46,424 nt of DNA from Rhodospirillaceae bacterium. Lineage in GTDB: Bacteria; Pseudomonadota; Alphaproteobacteria; DSM-16000; Inquilinaceae. A model generated the notes under the pieces. It was not told the origin of the DNA and ran no database searches. It worked only from the letters and a program-made list of their open reading frames with translations. The stretch is from positions 1 through 46,424 of the forward strand of contig JAGQRL010000029.1 in NCBI GenBank assembly GCA_020425485.1. Reading direction: 5' to 3'. Shown piece after piece: positions 26,716-34,824 of the stretch; the stretch's first letter is position 1, and the number at the start of each line of letters is the position of its first letter. Made by a program: the position numbers and the translations under genes.

Positions 26716-28093
26716 TATCCTCTTCCAGAATGCCCGCATCGTGTTTCCCGGCGACGGGGTGGTTCCCGGTGCCGTCGGCGTGAAGGACGGCCGCATCGCC
26801 GCCATCCTGGCACCCGGCGAAACCGAAGCGGCGGCCGAGGTGATCGACTGCGGCGAACAGTTCCTGATGCCGGGGCTGATCGATCCCCACACCCATTTCG
26901 GCTTCGGCTCCAACGAAACCGACTTCCGCACCGAAAGCCGTTCCGCCGCCTTGGGCGGGGTGACCATGGCGTTCACCTTCCACCGCTCGCCCGACCTGCG
27001 GGAGTCCACCGGGCCGTGGCGCGACCGCGGCAACGAGCAGAGCTGCATCGACTTCGCGTTCCACTACGGGCTCACCAGCCAGCTGCATGTGGAGACGCTG
27101 AAGGAGTGTGCGGAAACCTTCGGCGTGAACTCCTTCAAGTTCTACCTGATGTACAAGGGCGAGGCCGGGGCGGCGAAGGGCTTCACGGAAATCGACGACG
27201 CGCTGCTGTTCTCCACCATGCAGCAGGTGGCGCGCATCAAGGGCGGGGTGCTCGGCGCCCATTGCGAGAATGTGGAGGTGATCCGCGCCCTGCGCCCGCC
27301 GGTGAAGGCGGCCGGCCGCGACGACCTGAAGGCGTGGGACGACCAGAGCCCGGACTATCTGGAAGCGGAGAACGTGTTCCGCGTCGGCTACTTCGCCGAC
27401 AAGGCGGAATGCCGCGCCAACATCGTCCACCTGTCCAGCCGCGAAGGGCTGGAGGTGACGGACTATCTGCGCTCAAAGCCGCGCTCCGCCCCGCTGCATG
27501 TGGAAACCTGCACCCACTACCTGTTCATGACCACCGATTGGCCAGCACCGGTGGGCAAGGTGAACCCGCCCCTGCGCAGCCAGCGCGATGTCGATGCCCT
27601 GTGGCAGGCGGTGGTGGACGGGCGCATCGAAACCGTGGGGTCCGACCACGTGCCGCGCAAGCGCGCCACCAAGGGCCCGGACATCTGGACCGCCACCGCC
27701 GGCTTCCCCGGCATCGCCACGGTGCTGCCCATCCTGATCACCGAAGGCTATCACCACCGCCGCGTGCCCATCGAACGCATCGCCGCGGTCACCAGCGCCA
27801 ATGTGGCGCGCCAGTACAACGTGCCGAACAAGGGCCGCATCGCGCCGGGCATGGATGCCGACCTGGTGCTGGTGGACCCCGACTGCGAGCGGGTGGTGGA
27901 CCCGGCCACGCTGGAGTCCTTCTCCGACTATTCCACCTACGAAGGCATGCCGCTGAAGGGCTGGCCCACCGGCACCTGGGTGCGCGGCCGCCGTGTGGTT
28001 GCCGACGGTGCGGTGCTGGCCGATGTGGCCGCAGCCCCCGGCGGCCGCTTCGTGCCGCGCTGGGGCGATCTTGCTGCCCGCCCCGCCAACTGA
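26708..28093 (+). CDS. Cyclic amidohydrolase of the dihydropyrimidinase/D-hydantoinase family
   Basis: Metal-site motifs GLIDPHTHF, SFKFYLMYKG (carbamylated Lys position), GAHCEN, IVHLSS, GSDHVP. TTG start with GGAG 7 nt upstream. It overlaps the aconitase stop by 8 nt. Confidence 0.8.
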   Translation: MLDILFQNARIVFPGDGVVPGAVGVKDGRIAAILAPGETEAAAEVIDCGEQFLMPGLIDPHTHFGFGSNETDFRTESRSAALGGVTMAFTFHRSPDLRESTGPWRDRGNEQSCIDFAFHYGLTSQLHVETLKECAETFGVNSFKFYLMYKGEAGAAKGFTEIDDALLFSTMQQVARIKGGVLGAHCENVEVIRALRPPVKAAGRDDLKAWDDQSPDYLEAENVFRVGYFADKAECRANIVHLSSREGLEVTDYLRSKPRSAPLHVETCTHYLFMTTDWPAPVGKVNPPLRSQRDVDALWQAVVDGRIETVGSDHVPRKRATKGPDIWTATAGFPGIATVLPILITEGYHHRRVPIERIAAVTSANVARQYNVPNKGRIAPGMDADLVLVDPDCERVVDPATLESFSDYSTYEGMPLKGWPTGTWVRGRRVVADGAVLADVAAAPGGRFVPRWGDLAARPAN

Positions 28094-28121
28094 GAACCGG
28101 AACCACGGGATCCGACGCGCG

Positions 28122-28841
28122 ATGAAACGCATCTGGGACGACTTCCTCACCGAGCGGGACCAGCAGGTCCTGGCCGCCGCCGGCTATGGCAAGCGCGGCG
28201 GCTTCGGCACACGCCCGGCCCTGTTCATCATCGATACCCAGTACAATTTCTGCGGCGATCAGCCCGAAGACATCCTGGACGGGCTGAAGACCTACCGCAC
28301 CCATTGCGGCCGTGAAGGCTGGGCGGCGGTGGAGCGCATCGTGCCGCTCCTGGAACTGGCGCGGCAGAAGAACATCCCGATCTTCTATACCGAAAGCGAA
28401 CGCCGCCCCGACCTGATCGACAGCGGCGTGCAGGTGGGCAAGAACTATCGCGGCACCGAAAAGACGGTGGTGGAAGGCACCCACGCCACCCGCACCGTGG
28501 AACCGCTGGCGCCGCGGCCGCAGGATATCCGCATCGGCAAGCGCAAGCCGTCCTGCTTCTTCGGCACCATCTTCATGAGCCACCTGAACTTCTTCGACGT
28601 GGACACGCTGATCCTGGTGGGCTGCACCACGTCGGGCTGCCTGCGCGCCACCGCGGTGGATGCCTATTCCTTCAACTTCAAGGTCGTGATCCCCGAGGAG
28701 TGCTCGTTCGACCGCTTCCAGGCGAGCCACGCGGTGAACCTGTTCGACCTCAACTGCAAATACGCCGACGTGATCCCCACCGACGAGGTGGCCACCTACC
28801 TGGAAGCCCTGCCGCGGCGCGAGCTGCCGGCGGGGGCCTGA
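28122..28841 (+). CDS. Isochorismatase-family cysteine hydrolase (N-carbamoylsarcosine amidase/amidase-like)
   Basis: D-K-C triad context: ALFIIDTQYNF, IGKRKPSCFFGT, LILVGCTTSGCLRATAVDA. Confidence 0.8.
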   Translation: MKRIWDDFLTERDQQVLAAAGYGKRGGFGTRPALFIIDTQYNFCGDQPEDILDGLKTYRTHCGREGWAAVERIVPLLELARQKNIPIFYTESERRPDLIDSGVQVGKNYRGTEKTVVEGTHATRTVEPLAPRPQDIRIGKRKPSCFFGTIFMSHLNFFDVDTLILVGCTTSGCLRATAVDAYSFNFKVVIPEECSFDRFQASHAVNLFDLNCKYADVIPTDEVATYLEALPRRELPAGA

Positions 28842-28847
28842 CGCGCC

Positions 28848-29597
28848 ATGGCCAGCCAGATCCAGCGCGCCGTCGTCACCGGCACCTCATCGGGCATCGG
28901 CTGCGCCGTCGCCACCCGCCTGCTCGGCCACGGCTGGCAGGTGACGGGGCTCGACCGCGTGACGGGGCCGCTGGCCGGCCAGCCCGACTTCACCGAGATC
29001 CTCGCCGACCTCGCCGACGTGGTGGAGCTGGAAGTCGCCACCGCGCGGCTGGAGGACCAGACGTGGCACGCCCTGGTGCATGCCGCCGGCATCATGCGCG
29101 ATGACCGCGACGCGGAAACCGCGCGCTGCCACGGCACTAACCTGTGGGCGCTGCATGTGGCCGCCGCCGCCAGGCTGGCCGCGGCGGTGCTGCCGCACAT
29201 GCCCAAGGGGCGCGGTCGCATCGTCTTCCTGTCCAGCCGCGCGGCCGCCGGCCGGCCGGGGCGGGGCTACTACGCGGCCTCCAAATCGGCCCTCGACGGG
29301 CTCGCCCGTACCCTGGCTGCGGAATATGTGGGCTGCGGCATCACCGTGAACGTGCTCGCCCCCGGCGCCACCGATACCCCGCAGCTCAGCGATCCTGCGC
29401 GGGCGGCAAGCCCGGTGCGCCTGCCGCCCTTGGGCCGCCTGATCAGCGCCGAGGAGGTGGCGGCCACCGTCGCCTTCCTGGTGGGGGCGGAAGCCGGCGC
29501 CATCACCGGGCAGACCATCGTGCAATGCGGCGGCGCCTCCCTGGCCGCTGCCTGGCCGGCGGCGGTGTGGTCCGGGCAGATGGAGCCACGGGCGTGA
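28848..29597 (+). CDS. SDR family oxidoreductase
   Basis: VVTGTSSGIGCAVA Rossmann motif and YYAASKSALDGL catalytic YxxxK. Confidence 0.85.
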   Translation: MASQIQRAVVTGTSSGIGCAVATRLLGHGWQVTGLDRVTGPLAGQPDFTEILADLADVVELEVATARLEDQTWHALVHAAGIMRDDRDAETARCHGTNLWALHVAAAARLAAAVLPHMPKGRGRIVFLSSRAAAGRPGRGYYAASKSALDGLARTLAAEYVGCGITVNVLAPGATDTPQLSDPARAASPVRLPPLGRLISAEEVAATVAFLVGAEAGAITGQTIVQCGGASLAAAWPAAVWSGQMEPRA

Positions 29598-30037
29598 GGG
29601 CGCGCACCAGCCTGGCCGAAACCGTTGCCGCCGGCGTGGTCGTCGCCTTCGGGCTCGCCACCATCTGGCTGTCGTCTGATTTCCCCATGGGCACCGTCAC
29701 CCGCATGGGGGCCGGCTACGTGCCGATGGCGCTGGGCATCATCATCACCGCACTGGGCATTGCCATCGCCCTGTTCGACCGGTCCGACGAACGGCCGCGC
29801 ATCGTTATCGCGCTGAAGCCCTTCGCCATGATCCTCTTAGGCATCCTCTTGTGGGCGCTGACGGTGGACCGGCTGGGGTTCTTCGCCGCCTCGGCCATCC
29901 TGGTGGTGTGCTGCGCGGTGGTGGAGAAGGGCAACACCTGGCGCTCGGTGCTCGCCCTCGTCGTCTTCATGTGCGTTGCCGGCTACCTCGTCTTCATCGA
30001 GGGGCTCGGAATTCCGCTTTCGGCCTTCGGAGAGTAG
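29594..30037 (+). CDS. tctB: TTT small membrane subunit, TctB family
   Basis: 147-aa protein with 4 TM segments. The GTG overlaps the SDR stop (GTGA). It sits immediately upstream of tctA. Confidence 0.7.
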   Translation: MRARTSLAETVAAGVVVAFGLATIWLSSDFPMGTVTRMGAGYVPMALGIIITALGIAIALFDRSDERPRIVIALKPFAMILLGILLWALTVDRLGFFAASAILVVCCAVVEKGNTWRSVLALVVFMCVAGYLVFIEGLGIPLSAFGE

Positions 30038-30043
30038 CCAATC

Positions 30044-31567
30044 GTGGATCTGATCAGCGGCCTTGCCCTCGGCATCGACACCGCCATCACCGGCGAAGCG
30101 CTGCTGTACTGCTTCATCGGCGTCACCGTCGGCATGTTCATCGGCGTGCTGCCGGGCATCGGCCCGCTGGCCGCGGTGTCCATGGTGTTGCCCATCACCT
30201 TTCACCTGGACCCGATGAGCGCGCTGATCATGCTGGCCGGCATCTTCTACGGCGCGCAGTACGGCGGCTCCACCGCGTCCATCCTGCTCAACCTGCCGGG
30301 CACCTCGACGACGGCGGTCACGGCCATCGACGGCTACCCCATGGCCAAGCAGGGGCGCGCCGGCATTGCCCTGTTCATCACCACCATCGCGTCGTTCCTC
30401 GGCGGCTGCTTTGCCATCGTGCTGCTGATGAGCTTCGCGCCGGTGCTGGGGCGCCTGGCCCTGCGGTTCTCCTCCGCCGAATACTTCTCCATCATGCTGC
30501 TGGGGCTGGTGGCCGCGTCCACCATGTCGCTGGGCTCCACCTTCAAGGGCCTGGTGTCGGTGGCGGCGGGGCTCTTGATCAGCATGGTCGGCATGGACCC
30601 CACCTCCGGCTACATCCGCTTCACCTTCGGCATCCTGGAATTGCAGGACGGGCTGAGCCTGGTGGCCATCGCCATGGGCCTGTTCGGGGTGGCCGAGATC
30701 CTGAAGAACGCCGGCTCCCCGGAACGTGACACCAGGGCCTTGCAGAAGGTGCGCATCCGCGACCTCATCCCCACCCGCAAGGACATGTCGCAATCCTGGA
30801 TGCCCATCCTGCGCGGCGCCGGCATCGGCTCCTTCGTCGGCATCCTGCCGGGGGCGGGGCCGACCATGGCGGCCTTCATGGCCTATGCCATGGAAAAGCG
30901 GGTGGCGCGCGACAAGAGCCGCTTCGGCCGTGGCGCCATCGAGGGCATCTCCGCCCCGGAAAGCGCCAACAACGCCTCCACCCAGGCGGCCTTCATCCCC
31001 ACCTTGTCGCTGGGCATCCCCGGCGATGCCGGCATGGCGGTGCTGCTGGGGGCGATGATGATCCACGGCATCGTTCCGCGCCCGGAATTCTTCTCCACCA
31101 ACCCCGACCTGTTCTGGGGCCTGGTGGTCAGCTTCTGGGTCGGCAACCTGATGCTGCTGGTGCTGAACATCCCGCTGATCGGCGTGTGGGTGCGCATCCT
31201 GGCGATCCCGCAGCGGCTGCTGTTCCCGGCGATCATCTTCTTCATCTGCGTTGGGGTGTATTCCATCAACAACAACCCCTTCGACGTGATGGTGGTGATC
31301 GTCTTCGGCATCGTCGGCTACTTCATGAACATCTTTCAGTACCCGCCCGCGCCGCTGCTGATGGGTTTCATCCTGGGGCCGATGATGGAGCAGCACTTCC
31401 GCCGCGCGCTGCTGTATTCCCGCGGCGATCTGTGGACGTTCATCGACCGGCCGGTGAGTGCGGCCTTCCTGGCCTGCTCGGTCGCCCTGATGGTGGTGGT
31501 GGCGCTGCCGTCCTTGCGCCGGCGATCGGGCAGGGGGCGCCGCGCGGCTTTGGAAACGGAGGACTGA
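30044..31567 (+). CDS. tctA: TTT large membrane subunit, TctA family
   Basis: 507-aa polytopic protein with TctA signatures GVLPGIGP, YGAQYGGSTASILLN(L)PG, GILPGAGPTMAAF. Confidence 0.9.
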   Translation: MDLISGLALGIDTAITGEALLYCFIGVTVGMFIGVLPGIGPLAAVSMVLPITFHLDPMSALIMLAGIFYGAQYGGSTASILLNLPGTSTTAVTAIDGYPMAKQGRAGIALFITTIASFLGGCFAIVLLMSFAPVLGRLALRFSSAEYFSIMLLGLVAASTMSLGSTFKGLVSVAAGLLISMVGMDPTSGYIRFTFGILELQDGLSLVAIAMGLFGVAEILKNAGSPERDTRALQKVRIRDLIPTRKDMSQSWMPILRGAGIGSFVGILPGAGPTMAAFMAYAMEKRVARDKSRFGRGAIEGISAPESANNASTQAAFIPTLSLGIPGDAGMAVLLGAMMIHGIVPRPEFFSTNPDLFWGLVVSFWVGNLMLLVLNIPLIGVWVRILAIPQRLLFPAIIFFICVGVYSINNNPFDVMVVIVFGIVGYFMNIFQYPPAPLLMGFILGPMMEQHFRRALLYSRGDLWTFIDRPVSAAFLACSVALMVVVALPSLRRRSGRGRRAALETED

Positions 31568-31568
31568 G

Positions 31569-32006
31569 ATGGCCGAAACGACCGGGGCCGAAACGACCGC
31601 TGCCGAAACCCTGGTGCGCGACTTCCTGGCCGCGGTGGAACGCCGCGATGTCGCCGCCTGCCAGGCGGTGATGGCGCCCGACATCGTGATGACCTTCCCC
31701 AGCGGCGTGCGCCATGCCGATATCCAGGCGCTGTTCGCCTCGTCGGGCAAGCGCTACCGCGCCGTCGCCAAGACCATCGAGCAGGTGGACGTGCTGCCGA
31801 CGGGGGCGGAGGCCGCCATCGTCTACTGCTTCGGCACGCTCTACGGCACCTGGATGAACGGCCAAGCGTTCGACGGCATCCGCTTCATCGACCGGTTCGA
31901 GATCAAGGGCGGGCTGATCACGCGCCAGGACGTGTGGAACGACAGCGCCATCTTCCGCCCGGCCGAAGAGCCGTCGACGCCGGCCTCCCGGGCCACCCTG
32001 CTGTAG
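31569..32006 (+). CDS. SnoaL-like / NTF2-fold small protein
   Basis: 145 aa. The pattern (LVRDFLAAVERRDVAA ... DRFEIKGGLITRQDVWND) is typical of the NTF2-like polyketide-cyclase fold. It starts 1 nt after the tctA stop. Confidence 0.6.
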   Translation: MAETTGAETTAAETLVRDFLAAVERRDVAACQAVMAPDIVMTFPSGVRHADIQALFASSGKRYRAVAKTIEQVDVLPTGAEAAIVYCFGTLYGTWMNGQAFDGIRFIDRFEIKGGLITRQDVWNDSAIFRPAEEPSTPASRATLL

Positions 32007-32030
32007 AGCATTTTCTGTTCAGTCTGCTCC

Positions 32031-32096
32031 GCCCTCACCCCCGCCCGGCCGCCCAAGCCATTGTAAAATATTGGGTGGCCGGGCGGAGGTGAGGGC
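32031..32096. repeat. Long imperfect inverted repeat (26-nt arms, 14-nt AT-rich loop) between convergent genes; terminator or REP-like element
   Basis: GCCCTCACCCCCGCCCGGCCGCCCAA - GCCATTGTAAAATA - TTGGGTGGCCGGGCGGAGGTGAGGGC, with two mismatches. Confidence 0.7.
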
Positions 32097-32127
32097 CGGG
32101 ACCGAGTCAACAAGGCGCGAAAGCCCC

Positions 32128-32685
32128 CTAGATATCGATGTTCAGCGTCAGCTCGTAGACGGCCTGCTTGCTGACGCTCCACTTGCCGGAATTGTAGACG
32201 TGGCGGGCGAAGTTCACATGCGCCCAGAAGGCCGATTCCAGCACGGATTCGCCCATGAACTGGTCGGTGGTGTTCTTCTCCGGGATCAGCGCCAGTAGCT
32301 GCGGCAGGTTTTCCAGGTCGCTGCCGTCGTTGATCCGGTAGGTGCCTTCGAAATCGCCCGTCAGGGTGACGACGATGTCGCACACCATCAGGCCCTGCTC
32401 GGCGCGCGCCCGGTTGATCTTCATCAGGTTTTCCGCGATGAGCTGGCCGGCCGCGGCCCCCAGGCCCTGTAGCGGCTTGGTGACGATGTCCGCCACCGTG
32501 ACCACGATCCCGGCCGGGCCGCCAACCACCGCGGCCGCACCCTTCTTCATGATCTGCTTCAGCACCTGCTTGGCCGCGAATTCCTTGGCCTTGCTTTCCA
32601 GCTTCGGGCTGCCTTCGAACCAGCCGTCATAGATGCGCGAATAGCCGAAATCCTGGTTCGTCGCGGTGATCTTGTAGCCAATCAT
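32128..32685 (-). CDS. Hypothetical protein (185 aa), no recognisable family
   Basis: ATG at 32685 with GGGAGA upstream. Composition is balanced and K/E-containing, unlike the spurious high-GC ORFs. It has a central Gly/Ala-rich hydrophobic segment GAAAVVGGPAGIVVTVADIV. GC is about 60%. Confidence 0.55.
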   Translation of the reverse strand: MIGYKITATNQDFGYSRIYDGWFEGSPKLESKAKEFAAKQVLKQIMKKGAAAVVGGPAGIVVTVADIVTKPLQGLGAAAGQLIAENLMKINRARAEQGLMVCDIVVTLTGDFEGTYRINDGSDLENLPQLLALIPEKNTTDQFMGESVLESAFWAHVNFARHVYNSGKWSVSKQAVYELTLNIDI

Positions 32686-33519
32686 GACCGACGGTCTCCC
32701 CCCATCCCGGCGGCGGCGATAGCGGGCCGCCCAGTGGCCCGGCGCGCCGCGCCTCGTCGATTGATCGAACCCAACGTGCTCGGAAGGGAAATTTGCCCGG
32801 CAATAGGGCAACGGCACGGCTTCTTCTTGCCGGCAATGCCTGGCTGCCGCCCCTCCCGCCAGCCGCCCGGCCCTGCGTGCGCGGACCATACCATCGCGCC
32901 ATGCGGGCCCGAAGGGTGGTGCGACGGGTGCGCCGATTGGTCTAAGTGTGATCACAGATCACCGATCAACAATCATTGATCTTGACCATGCTTCGGACCT
33001 ATGGCACCGTTTTGCCAAGAGCTGGAAACGGTCATGAAAGGCAATCGCCAAAGCCGCACGTCCGTTGGCGGGTTGAACGCGGCCAGACCCTACTAATCCT
33101 TCAGTATTACACCGGGCGCTTGTCAGAATCAGGGCTCGCGGCACGGACGAATTATAGCCCGTGGACTGCGCGAGATCATGGCAGCGGGCCGGGCACTGGC
33201 GGGGCATCTGGCGAAGACGGGCACAGCGGCCGAGCGGCCGCCGGCAAGCTGCGGGTCGCCGGGCAGTGCCAGCCAGCCGAAAGGTTTGGCGGTGCGCGCG
33301 GTGCGGCGCTACCAGGGGGCCAATGCGGTGCCCGGACCAATCCAACGGCCAACCCTGCCGCGTGCGGTCTTGCGGCAGGCACGGCCCCGATCCCATCCCC
33401 AGCCAGGGAGGTGAGTGACCGCCACGAAGCCCACCCAGATCCGACTTCCAACAGCCGTCGCCCAATCCCGAATGGCGGCGGCGCCAAGAACAAAATCGGA
33501 CACCAGGAGGAACACCGTC

Positions 33520-34749
33520 ATGAGAAGACTTGCAGCCGTTTTGCTGGCATCCACCGCCGTCGCCGTGGCCGCCCCAGCCCAGGCCGAACCCCTGCGCATC
33601 GGCATCATCGAGAGCCTGTCCGGCTCACAGACCTCCACCGGGCGCCTCTATTCCGCCGCCGTGCAGTACGGCGTGGACATCATCAACGCCGCCGGCGGCT
33701 TCAACGGCGAGCCCATCGAGGTGATCGAATACGACAATGCCGGCGGCAGCACGGGCGCTGCCGACGAGTTCCGCCAGGCGGTGGCCGACGGCATCCACAT
33801 CGTCTTCCAGGGGGCGTCCTCGGCCGTGGCCGGGCAGATCACCGAAGACGTGCGCCGCCACAACATCCGCAATCCCGGCGACGAGATCATGTACATCAAC
33901 CTCGGTGCCGAGGCGATGTCGCTCACCGGCGACCAGTGCCACTTCTACCATTTCCGCTACGCCACCACCGCGCCGATGCGGGTGAACGCCCTGGTGAATG
34001 CCATGGCGGCGGCGGGCGACCTGGGCACCCGGGTGTTCTCCATCAACCAGAACTATTCCTGGGGCCAGGACATGCAGGCCGCCATCGAGGCGGCTGCGGA
34101 TATCGGCGGCTACGAGGTGGTCGAGGAGGTCCTGCACGACGTCAATTCCATCCAGGACTTCGCCCCCTACGTCGCCCGGATCAACGCCGCCGACCCCGAC
34201 ACGGTGATCACCGGCAACTGGTCCAACGACCTGCTGCTGCTGATGCGGGCGGCCAGCGAAGCCGGCCTGGACGTGCGCTTCGGCACCACCTTCCTCGACC
34301 AGCCGGGCAACATCGCCAATGCCGGCGACACCGCCATCGGCCACTACCTGGCCAACAACTACGTGCCCGCCGCCGGCCCCGCGGAGTTCAACGACGCCTA
34401 CCGCGACGCGGTCGGCCACTACCCGATCTTCGTCGAACCGCCCACCATCTTCGCCGTGGGCGCGCTGGCTGAGGCGCTGGAGGGCCTCGATTTCGGCGGC
34501 GGCGACATCAACGTGACCGACATCGCCCTGGCGCTTGAGGGCGTGGTCTACGAAAGCCCCATCGGGCCGATCTCGGTGCGCGCGGAAGACCACCAGACGA
34601 TCCGCCCGGTGGTGGTGTCCCACGTGGTGGAGGATGCCGAATACCCGGTGGACGAAACCACGCTGGGCTTCGAGCCGGTGGCCATCGTGGCCGGCGAAGA
34701 TGCGATCTATCCTGTGCAGGACTCCTGCGAGATGGAACGGCCCGAATAA
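33520..34749 (+). CDS. ABC transporter substrate-binding protein, LivJ/Peripla_BP_6 (branched-chain amino acid type) family
   Basis: AGGAGG RBS (33505-33510). Signal peptide MRRLAAVLLASTAVAVAAPAQA, then LRIGIIESLSGSQTSTGR. Confidence 0.85.
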   Translation: MRRLAAVLLASTAVAVAAPAQAEPLRIGIIESLSGSQTSTGRLYSAAVQYGVDIINAAGGFNGEPIEVIEYDNAGGSTGAADEFRQAVADGIHIVFQGASSAVAGQITEDVRRHNIRNPGDEIMYINLGAEAMSLTGDQCHFYHFRYATTAPMRVNALVNAMAAAGDLGTRVFSINQNYSWGQDMQAAIEAAADIGGYEVVEEVLHDVNSIQDFAPYVARINAADPDTVITGNWSNDLLLLMRAASEAGLDVRFGTTFLDQPGNIANAGDTAIGHYLANNYVPAAGPAEFNDAYRDAVGHYPIFVEPPTIFAVGALAEALEGLDFGGGDINVTDIALALEGVVYESPIGPISVRAEDHQTIRPVVVSHVVEDAEYPVDETTLGFEPVAIVAGEDAIYPVQDSCEMERPE

Positions 34750-34765
34750 GGCCACCCCGTCTACC

Positions 34766-34794
34766 GACCCGGCCGGGACCCCCCGGCCGGGGTC
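34766..34794 (+). terminator. Strong GC hairpin between the SBP and permease genes (intra-operon attenuator or mRNA stabiliser)
   Basis: GACCCGGCCGG - GACCCC - CCGGCCGGGGTC. There is no downstream T-tract. Confidence 0.45.
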
Positions 34795-34824
34795 TCGCCG
34801 ACCTCTGCATCCAGCGGGATCGCG

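Noticed and set aside
32959-33465. 168-aa minus-strand ORF and overlapping plus-strand ORFs inside the 834-bp gap.
   Set aside because: The composition is R/P/G/C-rich, with no RBS and no recognisable motifs. I treat them as non-coding, pending a blastx check for pseudogene remnants.
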